Under the pieces are notes generated by a model. It saw nothing but the letters and a program-made list of their open reading frames with translations. It made no database searches and was not told the DNA's origin. Positions 28,854 through 39,354 of a stretch of 64,000 nt of DNA are shown piece by piece. Positions within the stretch are counted from its first letter, which is position 1. The number at the start of each line of letters is the position of its first letter. Source of the stretch: SAR202 cluster bacterium (GTDB taxonomy: Bacteria > Chloroflexota > Dehalococcoidia > Lucifugimonadales > VXLM01); assembly GCA_022448725.1 (NCBI GenBank), contig JAKUTR010000012.1:4066-68065 (forward strand). The letters are read 5' to 3'. The translations under genes were made by a program, and so were the position numbers.

Positions 28854-31091
28854 CTAGTCGCGGCGCGGTGGCCTAGGCCCGCGATCACGTGGACCACGTC
28901 CACCACCACGAGGTCCGCTATAACCACGCCCTCGTGGACGATCGCCTCCTCTAGGGGGCCGGTCATTTCCAGACCGTTGAGGCCTCGGATCACTGCCTTC
29001 ACCATCGGAACTGTCATCTCCAGATAGGAGGGCCCTACGAGACAGTGCAATCTTTCCACTAGGGTCAACATCAATTACCTGAACTGTCACTTCTTGACCA
29101 AGTTCAAGCTCGTCCTCTACTTCTGCAACACGGTAATTAGCAATCTCGCTGATATGAACCATGCCATCCTTGCCTGGGAGTATCTGAACGAAGGCTCCGA
29201 ATGGCATGATACGCACTACTTTACCCGTGTATATCTCACCGACCTTCGCCTCTTTTGTTAGCAACTCGATAGTTTCTACCGCCTTTTTGGCTGAATCACC
29301 GTCAACGGAGGAAACAAACACAGTCCCGTCGTCTTGGACATCAACATTCGCGCCTGTCTCTTCTTGGATACCGCGGATAGTCTTACCACCCGGTCCTATA
29401 ACTGCTCCAATCTTGTCAACAGGCACCTTGATGCTGATCATTCGTGGAGCAAACTCACTGACTTCATCACGTGGCTCTGAGATGGCCTCAGCCATGATAT
29501 CGAGAAGCCGCAACCGGGCCTCCTTTGCTTGGGACAAAGTCTGCTCTATCACCTCATAGCCTATGTTTTGTACCTTTATATCCAACTGTATTGCTGTAAT
29601 GCCGTCTCGTGTACCAGCAACCTTGAAATCCATATCCCCGAAATGGTCTTCCATACCTTGGATATCAGTAAGAGTTACAAAGTCACCATCGTCATTGGTG
29701 ACCAAACCAACCGATATTCCAGCAACTGGTTTCTTAATAGGTACACCAGCATCCATAAGAGCAAGGATACCTGCACACGTGCTCCCCATCGACGTACTCC
29801 CGTTGGAGCCGAGTGCCTCGGCAACTACCCTGATGGTATATGGGAATTCGTCTTCATCGGGCAAAACAGCCGATATAGCCCGCTCGGCAAGCATCCCATG
29901 TCCGATCTCTCTACGACCTGGTGACCCTACACGCTTGGTCTCACCCGTACTGTATGGAGGGAAGTTGTAGTGCAGCATAAAACGCTTGGATTCAACCGGA
30001 CTCAGAGAGTCAATTTTGAGCGCGTCACCAATCGGCCCGAGGGTGACAACTCCAAGTATTTGTGTCTCACCGCGTTGGAAAATTCCTGAGCCGTGGGGCC
30101 GAGGCAACACATGAGCTTCAGCTGAAATAGGACGGATCTCTGTGAGAGAGCGACCATCAGGACGTTCACCCAACTCTATGATCCTTCGCCGAAACTCTGC
30201 ATCAACATAGGTCTCCAAAGCGTCCTTAATGTCGTCTTTACTCCATTCTTCTTCAAGTTGTGCAACTACATCATCTTGCAAAGAGTCGAGCCGGTCCTGT
30301 CGCTCCTGTTTTGTGCCTTCCGGAGACATCGCAGACTCCATCTTGCCATCAACCAGACCACCAACAACAGGTTCAAGTTCCTTGGGGTGTCCGTGGCGTA
30401 CGTAAGTATCATCCTTCTCCTTACCAGCTAGACCAACGAGTTCATCCTGTAAGGCGATACCTTCAAGGTTTGTTTCTTGGGCAAGCTTGATCGCCTCAAG
30501 CATTTGATCTTCGTCAATTTCCTGGGCACCTGCTTCCATCATCAAAACGCCATCACGTGAACCCGCTACGATGAGTTCCAAAGCGCTAGCTTCCATCTGA
30601 TCGTAGGTCGGGTTGACTACAAACGACCCATCAACATACCCAACACGGGTGGCTGAAATTGGACCACTGAATGGAATCTGTGAAATCGATAATGATGCGG
30701 ATGCTCCAATAATGGAGAGCATATCTAAAGGGTGCTCCATATCAGCGGAGAGCGAGGTAGTGATTACCTGTACTTCGTTCCTGAAATCCTTTGGGAACAG
30801 TGGGCGGATAGGTCTATCGGTCAAACGCATCGTAAGGATTGCATCCGTTGTTGGGCGACCTTCTCTTCGGAAAAAGCTGCCAGGGATACGTCCTCGAGCA
30901 TAATGTCGTTCTTCGAAATCAATGGTTAGAGGGAAAAAATCAATGCCCTCTCGCGGCTTACTCATCGTTGCCGTCACCAGAACCATTGAATCACCCTGTC
31001 GGACGACGACTGCGCCATGAGCCTGAAGCGCTAGCTTACCTGTTTCAATACTAATCGTGTCTGTACCAATAGAACGTGAAACTGAATGCAT
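28854..31091 (-). CDS. pnp: Polyribonucleotide nucleotidyltransferase (PNPase)
   Basis: FFRREGRP, RREIGHG, GDMDFKVAG, KH (IGPGGK) and S1 domains; AGGAGG SD before ATG 31091. Confidence 0.98.
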   Translation of the reverse strand: MHSVSRSIGTDTISIETGKLALQAHGAVVVRQGDSMVLVTATMSKPREGIDFFPLTIDFEERHYARGRIPGSFFRREGRPTTDAILTMRLTDRPIRPLFPKDFRNEVQVITTSLSADMEHPLDMLSIIGASASLSISQIPFSGPISATRVGYVDGSFVVNPTYDQMEASALELIVAGSRDGVLMMEAGAQEIDEDQMLEAIKLAQETNLEGIALQDELVGLAGKEKDDTYVRHGHPKELEPVVGGLVDGKMESAMSPEGTKQERQDRLDSLQDDVVAQLEEEWSKDDIKDALETYVDAEFRRRIIELGERPDGRSLTEIRPISAEAHVLPRPHGSGIFQRGETQILGVVTLGPIGDALKIDSLSPVESKRFMLHYNFPPYSTGETKRVGSPGRREIGHGMLAERAISAVLPDEDEFPYTIRVVAEALGSNGSTSMGSTCAGILALMDAGVPIKKPVAGISVGLVTNDDGDFVTLTDIQGMEDHFGDMDFKVAGTRDGITAIQLDIKVQNIGYEVIEQTLSQAKEARLRLLDIMAEAISEPRDEVSEFAPRMISIKVPVDKIGAVIGPGGKTIRGIQEETGANVDVQDDGTVFVSSVDGDSAKKAVETIELLTKEAKVGEIYTGKVVRIMPFGAFVQILPGKDGMVHISEIANYRVAEVEDELELGQEVTVQVIDVDPSGKIALSRRALLSGDDSSDGEGSDPRPQRSGNDRPPRGGDRPRGRGYSGPRGGGRGPRDRGPRPPRRD

Positions 31092-31167
31092 AACGATATA
31101 AATCCTCCTATGAGAACGGTGCCAAACAGAAGAACCCCCAGCTTTTAAAAGGGGGTGAAGGTGAAGG

Positions 31168-31437
31168 TTAACCTCTAAGGCCGAGGCGCGCGACAAGAGC
31201 GCGGTAGCGCTCTACGTCCTCAGCATTCAGGTACCGAAGCAACCTGCGGCGCTTTCCAACCATCTGAAGAAGGCCGCGGCGGGTGGACTCGTCGTGATTA
31301 TGTTCGCGAAGATGGTTTGTTAGACCAATGATACGGGTGGTTAGGAGTGCGATCTGCACCTCAGTAGAGCCTGTGTCTCCGTCGCGAGTTTTATATTCCG
31401 TGACGACTGCTTCTTTTACGCTTTTGTCGAGTCCCAT
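31168..31437 (-). CDS. rpsO: 30S ribosomal protein S15
   Basis: [28 protein letters not shown]; directly upstream of pnp. Confidence 0.98.
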   Translation of the reverse strand: MGLDKSVKEAVVTEYKTRDGDTGSTEVQIALLTTRIIGLTNHLREHNHDESTRRGLLQMVGKRRRLLRYLNAEDVERYRALVARLGLRG

Positions 31438-31642
31438 CCTACTTGTGTTTTCTCTCTTTCTTTTCTGCCTACGATTGTATCACAGCAGGTATTAGACAAC
31501 AGTATTTTTAGCTCATGATACAGTCTGTTACCTATCTCTAAGATTGGTCTTGGTTACAGGAGTGGCATAAATAATTCCGCTTACTGGGTAATGATCTTCC
31601 TCGATATTTAGGTTCGCAACACATGAAATGTATAATGCATCG

Positions 31643-33967
31643 GTGACTCCCTCCTCCAGCATCCTTTCAGGACTCAATCCCCCACAACGCGAGGCCGTAG
31701 AAACTACTAGTGGTCCCGTGCTGATCATTGCAGGACCTGGTAGTGGAAAAACACGCGTAATCACGCACAGAATAGCCTACCTAGTCGATCACTGTGATGT
31801 ATCACCTTCTGGAATCGCAGCCCTCACATTCACAAACAAGGCTGCCCGAGAAATGAAGAGCCGGATGAATGCCCTTCTTCAGGCCCGCTGTGAGCAAGTG
31901 ACCGTCAGCACCTTCCATGCCTTCTGCGCGATGGTTCTGAGGCGGGATGGGACAGCCTTGGACATTAAGAATGATTTCACTATTTATGATTCTATCGACC
32001 AAATTTCCGCCCTTAAAAAAGCCCTGCAAGAAGCCAATGTCGATCTAAAACAATTCTCTCCATCTATGATGCATACAGCTATATCAGCTGCAAAAAGCCA
32101 ACTCATTAGTGTCGAGGGGTATGGACTAGGCAAGAGTACTTATATTGAAGAGATCGTCCACCGGGTATATGAGCGCTACGAGGAGATCCTTAATCAAGCT
32201 AATGCTCTAGACTTTGACGACCTCCTATTGAAAACCCATGATCTGTTCGACAAGTTCCCACATGTTGTTGAGATCTACCACCGAAGGTATACCCACCTTA
32301 TGGTCGATGAATTCCAGGATACCAATACGATTCAATACGCGATTACAAAACAACTGTCTGGAAAACACAGGAACCTATGTGTTGTAGGAGATCCCGATCA
32401 GTCCATATACGCATGGCGCAATGCAGATGTCCACAACATACTGAATTTCAAGACCGACTTCCCCGATGCAAAGCTGATAGCTTTAGAGCAAAATTACCGC
32501 TCGACTGAAACTATCTTGGAGGCCGCGCAAGGAGTAATTGCACCAAACGAGCAACGTGTAGAAAAGGAACTGTGGACTGATAACAGCCACGGTACGCAAA
32601 TCGTTTTGACTGAGCAATATAACGAACAAGAAGAGGCTCAGTTCACCATCAGAGAGGCTAAACGTCTCACCCGAGAAAAAGAGTACGATCTCCGTGACAT
32701 AGCCGTTATGTATCGACTAAACGCACAATCCAGAGCACTGGAAGAAGCTTGCGTACGCCAAGGAATCCCATATCAACTAGTCGGTAGTCTTCGTTTCTAT
32801 CAACGCCAGGAAGTAAAGGACGTACTTGCCTATTTACGAGTCATTGTAAATCCAAACGATGATGTGAGTTTTCAGAGAATCGTAAACACCCCTACTCGGG
32901 GCATTGGACAACGGACTATCCACGAACTCACCCGTTATGCTAGAGACAACACGGTTTCACTATTCGACGCCATTGACCATGCCACAGTAACCAATGGCCA
33001 CCCTGACAATCTGCCTCTGCCACTTCCGACCAGATCGCTAAATGCGCTCAGTAATTTCAAAAAAATGATTGTAGGTTTCATCAATAACCGAGAGAACTTG
33101 GATCTAACTACCTTGATAGACAAGATTACCGAAGAGACCGGGTACAAAGAGTACTTGCTAGGTGATCCTGATCGAGGAGAGGAGCGGTGGGAGAATTTAC
33201 TGGAACTACGAAACACTGCAAAGAATTTTGAAGATTCGGGTGGTCAAGGAGCACTAAATGCCTTTCTAGAAAGCGTCAGTCTTGTGACAGATACCGATAA
33301 CATGACCGAAGAAGCTGACGCGATCACGCTTATAACATTACACCAAGCCAAAGGACTAGAGTACCCAGTGGTCTTTATAGTCGGCATGGAGGACGGTCTT
33401 CTACCACACAGTCGATCCATAGAAACAGGAGATCCCACAGATTTAGAAGAGGAGCGCAGGCTATTTTACGTTGGCATCACACGCGCAAAGGAACAACTTT
33501 ATTTACTGAGAGCGTTTCGGCGGGGATTCAGGGGACGGTCTGAGCCAAACTTACCTTCAAGATTCCTCACCGACATCCCACAACGGCTGGTAACAAAGCC
33601 CGAACCAAATAAGCGCGATCGTACGCGTAAAGCAAACCTCATATCTTCTAACTACGAAAGAAAGCGGGGCCGCGGCAGCCAAGAACGTGAGATTGGTAAT
33701 CCCGATCTCATACCAACTGCACGATCCGAAAATATACAAAAGCCGGTGACGCGGAGGCTACGTCAATCAGAAGCAAGTCAACCCAACCAACCGTCCAAGC
33801 CAAAACTGAATACAGGCGATCACGTTCGGCACAAAACGTTTGGCGAAGGTGTCGTTACCGGAACCAAACCTTCACACGGCGATCTGGAGGTAACCGTCGC
33901 TTTCAGGGACGGCCACGGTGTAAAGCGCCTAATGTTAGGGTTCGCCCCGCTTGAAAAGTTGAAATAG
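31643..33967 (+). CDS. pcrA: ATP-dependent DNA helicase PcrA/UvrD
   Basis: AGPGSGKT, VDEFQD, GDPDQSIY, TLHQAKGLE, C-terminal Tudor-like domain. GTG 31643 is favoured because ATG 31628 abuts a TATAAT box. Confidence 0.95.
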   Translation: MTPSSSILSGLNPPQREAVETTSGPVLIIAGPGSGKTRVITHRIAYLVDHCDVSPSGIAALTFTNKAAREMKSRMNALLQARCEQVTVSTFHAFCAMVLRRDGTALDIKNDFTIYDSIDQISALKKALQEANVDLKQFSPSMMHTAISAAKSQLISVEGYGLGKSTYIEEIVHRVYERYEEILNQANALDFDDLLLKTHDLFDKFPHVVEIYHRRYTHLMVDEFQDTNTIQYAITKQLSGKHRNLCVVGDPDQSIYAWRNADVHNILNFKTDFPDAKLIALEQNYRSTETILEAAQGVIAPNEQRVEKELWTDNSHGTQIVLTEQYNEQEEAQFTIREAKRLTREKEYDLRDIAVMYRLNAQSRALEEACVRQGIPYQLVGSLRFYQRQEVKDVLAYLRVIVNPNDDVSFQRIVNTPTRGIGQRTIHELTRYARDNTVSLFDAIDHATVTNGHPDNLPLPLPTRSLNALSNFKKMIVGFINNRENLDLTTLIDKITEETGYKEYLLGDPDRGEERWENLLELRNTAKNFEDSGGQGALNAFLESVSLVTDTDNMTEEADAITLITLHQAKGLEYPVVFIVGMEDGLLPHSRSIETGDPTDLEEERRLFYVGITRAKEQLYLLRAFRRGFRGRSEPNLPSRFLTDIPQRLVTKPEPNKRDRTRKANLISSNYERKRGRGSQEREIGNPDLIPTARSENIQKPVTRRLRQSEASQPNQPSKPKLNTGDHVRHKTFGEGVVTGTKPSHGDLEVTVAFRDGHGVKRLMLGFAPLEKLK

Positions 33968-33980
33968 GGCATCAGGTCCA

Positions 33981-34418
33981 ATGTCTATCATTACCAACGA
34001 GATGCTTACTGCAATTGGCGTAGAGTCAAATACTCGTACATACAGGGTGGATCCGAGCGCGATTAGCCAGTTCGTAGAGGCAGTCGGAGACAAGAATATC
34101 GTATACGAACTTGAACACATCGCTCCGCCCACCTTTCTGAGGTATTTCGACGAAGTTCCCCCCTTACTCGAGTTCCCCATGCCTTATACAAATATCCTGG
34201 ATGGCGGATCAGACTGGGAATTCTACGAACCTGTCCACACTGGCGATGAAATTACTTCAACGACAGAAGTTACAAAAATCTTCGAAAAAACTGGAGCCCT
34301 TGGGCATATGATCTTCGTAGTCCGCAGACATCGATATAACAGATCTGACAGTGTACAAATCGCACAGCAACTCAGTACAACCATCTACTATAGCGGGGGT
34401 CCGCAAGCGGGAACATGA
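33981..34418 (+). CDS. MaoC-like hot-dog dehydratase N-terminal domain protein (HadA-like)
   Basis: APPTF, LDGGSDWEFYEPVHTGD. Confidence 0.82.
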   Translation: MSIITNEMLTAIGVESNTRTYRVDPSAISQFVEAVGDKNIVYELEHIAPPTFLRYFDEVPPLLEFPMPYTNILDGGSDWEFYEPVHTGDEITSTTEVTKIFEKTGALGHMIFVVRRHRYNRSDSVQIAQQLSTTIYYSGGPQAGT

Positions 34419-34448
34419 TCGCAATACACATTGGGTGAGCTCAAAGTC

Positions 34449-34874
34449 ATGATAAAACTACTCAGCCGTGATCACGTATTCGAGGGTACTACCATCACCC
34501 CACTGGTAAAAACTCCCACGAATCGTCAACTCGTTCAGTACGCCGGAGCATCCGGCGATTACTATGAAATCCACTATGATCAGGCTTTCGCTCAATCCGC
34601 CGGCCTAGAAGGTGTCATCGTACACGGTGCTCTCAAAGGAGCGTTCTTAGCAGAGATGCTATCCAATTGGGCAGGCCATCCTACAGCCCTTAGAAAGTTA
34701 GGTGTTCAGTATCGCGGGATGGACATCGTAGGCAAGCCAATAACCTGTAAAGGGATCGTAACCAACACGTTCTCCGACAACAGTTCCTATTTCGCTGAAT
34801 GCGATGTATGGACTGAAAACGAGCGGGGCCAGCGCACAACGGTTGGAAACGCAGTAGTTAACCTGGGAACCTGA
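34449..34874 (+). CDS. MaoC-like dehydratase, catalytic subunit (HadB-like)
   Basis: YAGASGDYYEIHYD hydratase-2 motif, IVHG. Confidence 0.88.
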   Translation: MIKLLSRDHVFEGTTITPLVKTPTNRQLVQYAGASGDYYEIHYDQAFAQSAGLEGVIVHGALKGAFLAEMLSNWAGHPTALRKLGVQYRGMDIVGKPITCKGIVTNTFSDNSSYFAECDVWTENERGQRTTVGNAVVNLGT

Positions 34875-34882
34875 GTAAACCC

Positions 34883-35758
34883 CTATGCAGAATCAATAAC
34901 CTGATGCGCACGGCGCTCAAATTTGGTCTTACCACCAGCGATCGCGTCTTTGATTTGTTGTACAGCCTCTGGCGATACCCATAGGGTCCAGATTTCTTCA
35001 TTTTCCTTTAGGTATTTCAGAGCCGCAACGTTTGGCAAAAGTCCTAGAAATCCTGACAGTATCATCGATCCTTCAATCTCAGATAAGATCTCATCACCGG
35101 GTTTCATTAAGCCAAGAAGTTCGATGACTTCGGGAGCCCGCGTTTCTATATTCCTGTTAACCCCGATTCGAAGAGTTGGTCTAGTTTCATAAAGACTACC
35201 TGCATCAACAATTACTTCAGTAACCGATGATTGCTGAACCCAGCCTTGGTCCGCAACCAGAACGATATCAAAGTCACCCTTTTGCAAGCCATCTTGGTAA
35301 GCAGCACCCTCTAATTCCACCAGTTCAATATCGTACTCGTAGCCGTGCGAAAGGATGTAGCCCACGATGAAGTTGGCCAAATTAATGTTTTTTTCTGGCC
35401 AGTTTGCCATCTTTATATGTTGATCACTCTGCCTATCGAGCGCTAACGGTGTAGGAGCAGCCTCTCCTGACTCCTTCGCCTCTTGCTCTTTTCTGAAAGC
35501 TGCTGCCGTCGCTTCACCTACAGTGTGTACAGTTGGGGTAGGTTCAGGGGTACCTTCCGAAACTGGGACCACTGTTGGGGCCACTGCAGAAGCATCACCA
35601 ACCACAGTAGGGACTGCTGTTGGTGCAGGCGTCGCCTGTCTTATTTCACGAAGTTGGTCAATTTCGAAGGGGTCCTCTTGTGAACTACACGCTAGCACCG
35701 CCATCGTGGCTATGCCAGCAACAACTGAAACAACTGTCCGGAGTTTACGTGTTCGCAT
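34883..35758 (-). CDS. Lipoprotein with a truncated glycine-betaine/ProX (OpuAC)-like binding domain
   Basis: Lipobox VLAC, Pro/Thr-rich linker, ILSHGYEY, GDFDIV, RAPEV, ENEEIWTLWV; GGAGG SD before ATG 35758. Confidence 0.7.
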   Translation of the reverse strand: MRTRKLRTVVSVVAGIATMAVLACSSQEDPFEIDQLREIRQATPAPTAVPTVVGDASAVAPTVVPVSEGTPEPTPTVHTVGEATAAAFRKEQEAKESGEAAPTPLALDRQSDQHIKMANWPEKNINLANFIVGYILSHGYEYDIELVELEGAAYQDGLQKGDFDIVLVADQGWVQQSSVTEVIVDAGSLYETRPTLRIGVNRNIETRAPEVIELLGLMKPGDEILSEIEGSMILSGFLGLLPNVAALKYLKENEEIWTLWVSPEAVQQIKDAIAGGKTKFERRAHQVIDSA

Positions 35759-35771
35759 AAATTCCTCCAAC

Positions 35772-37433
35772 TTAGTTACTCGGGGCAACTCTTCTTACAT
35801 TAAAATCTTGGGGTCTCTCAAATTCAGCATATTGCGTACGAATTTCCACTCCATTAATGGAACGGGTGAAGCCAGCAGTTTTTTCAAAGGCCATCACTTC
35901 GACTTCCAAGACGTTCTCGCCTTCCTGCAATATGTCGGTTCCGAGATTGTACCTGAACCAGCAAGCCGGCATCTGAAGTGACGCTTCGACCGGACTACCA
36001 CGTGACTTAAGAGGCATCCATAGCTCACTCTGATCTGTAATCTCTGCATCCTCAGGCGGGAGGACCTCGTCGTTTAGCCGGATTTCGATAGTATCCTCAA
36101 CACATAGCTCTGCGAACCGGATACTGATAACAGCTCCACGTAATTCACCGTCTCTATTAGCAGACTCTAAATCGTCCGATATGACAAACACCGCCCTCGC
36201 AGTTTCCTTTTCCAAGAGTTCAACGGGTAGATTCCTATCTGGTGGGTTAGTAATCTCATCTTCTTTACGTCTTTCAACTTTGGGATAATCACCCTGGTAA
36301 TCCAATAGTTCTTCAAAAACCAACCCAGACTCCCGAGGCTGCAGGACATAACGCTTGTTCTTTCTCTCATAGACCTCAGGGTGAGCCATTTCTCGTAGTA
36401 TTTGATACTCGTCTCGATCAAACGGCCATTTCAAGTAGCCTAGATATAATCCGTCACCCCCCTGTCGGCTAACCGCCTGCCCGAAAGCACGAAACATTTC
36501 CCCGGTAGGCATCCCTACCTCCTCATGATAGATCCGCCGAGGAGGCCGGACGTATATGCCCGCATGAGAGCCGGCTGCGTCAACGAGCCATTTCACGTTA
36601 ACTGATGTCGCATCCAAGAGTTGCTCAGACATCTGTCCAATTACAATATCTACACTTCCGTCACGCAACCATGTCTCGACGTCCAAACCTAGTTTGAGAT
36701 TAGCCTCTCGCTGGTGAAAGACTCTCGCACCGACCGCTATATATCGACCCTGACGAGCACCAATCTCGTTTGCTAGACGACGAACATCTGACACAAATGA
36801 ATTCATTAAATCACTGTGGCATTCCTCTTCACCACTGCGGAAGTACTTTGGAACGAACATGAAATCAAGTTCGATACCATCCGCAGCATAGTCCTCCATC
36901 ACCTCCGCAAGTAGATCGAGCTTGGACTGCCGCACAGCAGGATGAGCATAGTCATAACACCACTCGTACCTTGGGTGGTGTACGTCTTTCTCAAGTAGGC
37001 AAACTTCGTTCGCAGACTCCCACTTTAGCTTCCCGCATCTATCTGAACCTGGTCTATCACAACTTTGGAGTTTTAGACTGGGGAAAACTCGAAGTCCGTC
37101 CGCTTTCCCGTGGTCGATCACTGATCTCAATTGGTCAATGCCCAATTCCCGGCTCGACTCAACTAAGCGCATTATTCGCCAGTCAATAAAACTATCCCAA
37201 GTTTCCTGCTGATCCCCAACAACACGGCCTGTCTTGCTTTCATGAAAATAGACATCTCCGTACCCTAAACCAAAGGCAAGGGTGTCAACTCCCGTTCCAA
37301 GCAGTTCATCGATGGGCCATCTTAGTTTAGAGAGACTTACTGGCGGATCAAGCCGCTTGGCATGAAAGTGGTGAGCGTCCTGATAGTAAATGAGACGAGG
37401 CAGGGCAGGTCGCTCAAACTCCAAACCAGTCAC
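35772..37433 (-). CDS. Glycoside hydrolase-like family 10 (GHL10/DUF187-type) protein with C-terminal beta domain
   Basis: RLIYYQD, YDYAHPAVR, DGIELDFM, GLDVETWL. Confidence 0.65.
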   Translation of the reverse strand: MTGLEFERPALPRLIYYQDAHHFHAKRLDPPVSLSKLRWPIDELLGTGVDTLAFGLGYGDVYFHESKTGRVVGDQQETWDSFIDWRIMRLVESSRELGIDQLRSVIDHGKADGLRVFPSLKLQSCDRPGSDRCGKLKWESANEVCLLEKDVHHPRYEWCYDYAHPAVRQSKLDLLAEVMEDYAADGIELDFMFVPKYFRSGEEECHSDLMNSFVSDVRRLANEIGARQGRYIAVGARVFHQREANLKLGLDVETWLRDGSVDIVIGQMSEQLLDATSVNVKWLVDAAGSHAGIYVRPPRRIYHEEVGMPTGEMFRAFGQAVSRQGGDGLYLGYLKWPFDRDEYQILREMAHPEVYERKNKRYVLQPRESGLVFEELLDYQGDYPKVERRKEDEITNPPDRNLPVELLEKETARAVFVISDDLESANRDGELRGAVISIRFAELCVEDTIEIRLNDEVLPPEDAEITDQSELWMPLKSRGSPVEASLQMPACWFRYNLGTDILQEGENVLEVEVMAFEKTAGFTRSINGVEIRTQYAEFERPQDFNVRRVAPSN

Positions 37434-38362
37434 GGTAATTTTGAAACAGAGGTAACTCCATATTGGAGCTCCTCTCCTGTTACGTCATCAGTTAAACAGT
37501 CGTTGGTTGGCACACTATCAACCTGCACAACATTGACACCATACGTAGCTATCGGGGACTGAACTGTAAACATCCCAGAAGATTCCGTAGTTACACTCGA
37601 TGGACATTCGAGCCAAGACCACCCCTCTCTTACAAAAGCCTCACGCTCAGCGACTTGTTCTTCGGGAGAAGCCAAAGCAGCCCACCCGCGGTAGTGTGAC
37701 CTGATACCAGCACTATCACCCTCACGAGAGACGATACGTTCACTGAATTCAGGTGTTACTCTCCCCCAGTAACGACCAGAGGGCATTTCAATAACGTTGG
37801 GGGAAAGCCGGTGGCCTCCTGTATGACTAGTTTGCCAAACCCGGATTGAGTTCGTAGCAAAATCCCTCCGGAGTGCTTCATAAATTGGGTAACATCGCGA
37901 GGCACAGCAGATGTCTCGCGAGCCGTGCGTACATACAAGTATGTCTCGAACGTTATCGCCAAAAACTCTGTAACCATCAAAACTAGTAAGAGTGTCAGAA
38001 TCCAAAACAAGACTTTCCAACAGTCCAGTCAAGTTGGAGTTAGGAATCAGGTATTCCTGTCGTTCATAAACATCGATCTGCTTGTCCGGCATGGAGAACA
38101 GCATCACCCGGGAATGGTCATCACGAGAGTATTTTTCGTCTGAATGAATCGCCTGAAGCCTGATATCGGGCACCTGGTCGAGAATCTCGCCTACACCTTT
38201 AGGAAATCCCTTAGAATCTCTCACTTCATGCTCCCAGGGTTTGGGTATTTCGAGAACCAAACATACGGTCCAACGCGCTGCCGAGCCGCCGGGATCTTCT
38301 CCTTTTTCCTGAGAAAACATAGAGCACATGTGATTTCTAAAGGGTCGAACAGATGTTGTCAC
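37430..38362 (-). CDS. Sucrase/ferredoxin-like (Apd1/Aim32-type) thioredoxin-like 2Fe-2S protein
   Basis: LEIPKPW, CTHGSRDICC (C-X8-C), SHTGGHR, YRGW. Confidence 0.88.
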   Translation of the reverse strand: MTTSVRPFRNHMCSMFSQEKGEDPGGSAARWTVCLVLEIPKPWEHEVRDSKGFPKGVGEILDQVPDIRLQAIHSDEKYSRDDHSRVMLFSMPDKQIDVYERQEYLIPNSNLTGLLESLVLDSDTLTSFDGYRVFGDNVRDILVCTHGSRDICCASRCYPIYEALRRDFATNSIRVWQTSHTGGHRLSPNVIEMPSGRYWGRVTPEFSERIVSREGDSAGIRSHYRGWAALASPEEQVAEREAFVREGWSWLECPSSVTTESSGMFTVQSPIATYGVNVVQVDSVPTNDCLTDDVTGEELQYGVTSVSKLP

Positions 38363-38470
38363 GTGACTGTCCTCCGGAAAGTTTGGGTGAAGTGTAGCAA
38401 AGGTGGCTAGAGTTCGTCATACGGTAAAATGCTCCTAGCAATGCTACTGAGATCATGTTGAGAGGGCTTC

Positions 38471-39307
38471 ATGGATATAGACACCATAGTTAAAAAAGTT
38501 CGTGTGGACGGTTGGTGCGTGATCCCACAGGTTATTCCGACTAATGAAGTAAACTCGATCTGTTCTGATGTCGCTGAAGAGGTTGAAAAGGCCGATCAAG
38601 AACACAGGGCATTCGTGGTGGAAATGGAAGCAAAAGGCCACAAGGTGAGCGGCCATGGGATCGGATCCGCTACGGGTCTAATTAGCCTGTTGCCCGCATT
38701 ACATCCTTACCTTAGCAACGAGAGTATTCTTGGTGCGGCTGAAGCCATATTGGGCCCGTTTGTACGGATCTCAACGGTAAGCGGCCTAGTAAATAATCCG
38801 GGTGTGAAACGAGGGTACTGGCATTCGGATTGGCCATTCAACCAGACCGTCGCCGCCAAAGTGCCCGCACCGTATCCAGATGTTGTCATGCATCTTTCGT
38901 CAATCTTTATGCTAACTGAGTTCTCCGAAAAAACAGGTGGTACTTTAATCGTTCCCGGAAGTCACCGTTTCCCAAACAACCCATCTGGAAGCAACGGTGT
39001 AGATGCAATGGCTCCTTACCCCAATGAGATGAACTCTACGGGCAAACCTGGAGATGTACTTTTTTACGACAGCAGACTATGGCACGCAGTTCCTGACAAC
39101 CCTAGCTCAATCCCCCGCGTGGCAATCAGCATCCGTTATGCTCCCTGGTGGCTCAACTTAAACGCTCAGAAGGCAGGGCATCCTGATCACCAGATGATCG
39201 TGGTTGACACAAACGGTAAGGGCAATATTAACCCAATCTTACCGGCCGCAATCTATGACAGCCTTCCAAATCGTGCACAATTACTATTCCAACATTGGCT
39301 CTCCTAG
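38471..39307 (+). CDS. Phytanoyl-CoA dioxygenase (PhyH) family Fe(II)/2OG oxygenase
   Basis: WHSDWP, VPGSH, GDVLFYDSRLWHA, distal Arg. Confidence 0.88.
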   Translation: MDIDTIVKKVRVDGWCVIPQVIPTNEVNSICSDVAEEVEKADQEHRAFVVEMEAKGHKVSGHGIGSATGLISLLPALHPYLSNESILGAAEAILGPFVRISTVSGLVNNPGVKRGYWHSDWPFNQTVAAKVPAPYPDVVMHLSSIFMLTEFSEKTGGTLIVPGSHRFPNNPSGSNGVDAMAPYPNEMNSTGKPGDVLFYDSRLWHAVPDNPSSIPRVAISIRYAPWWLNLNAQKAGHPDHQMIVVDTNGKGNINPILPAAIYDSLPNRAQLLFQHWLS

Positions 39308-39354
39308 CAATTTCATTACCAAAATGACCAACTTATCCAGAAGGCCTATACAAG

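Noticed and set aside
31134..31156. Short ACCCCC/GGGGGT hairpin between rpsO and pnp
   Set aside because: Stem-loops are expected in this spacer, and this one is too weak to assign a function.
31476..31522. TGTATCA/TGATACA inverted repeat between rpsO and pcrA
   Set aside because: Explained by two divergent extended -10-like elements (TGATACAAT and TGATACAGT).
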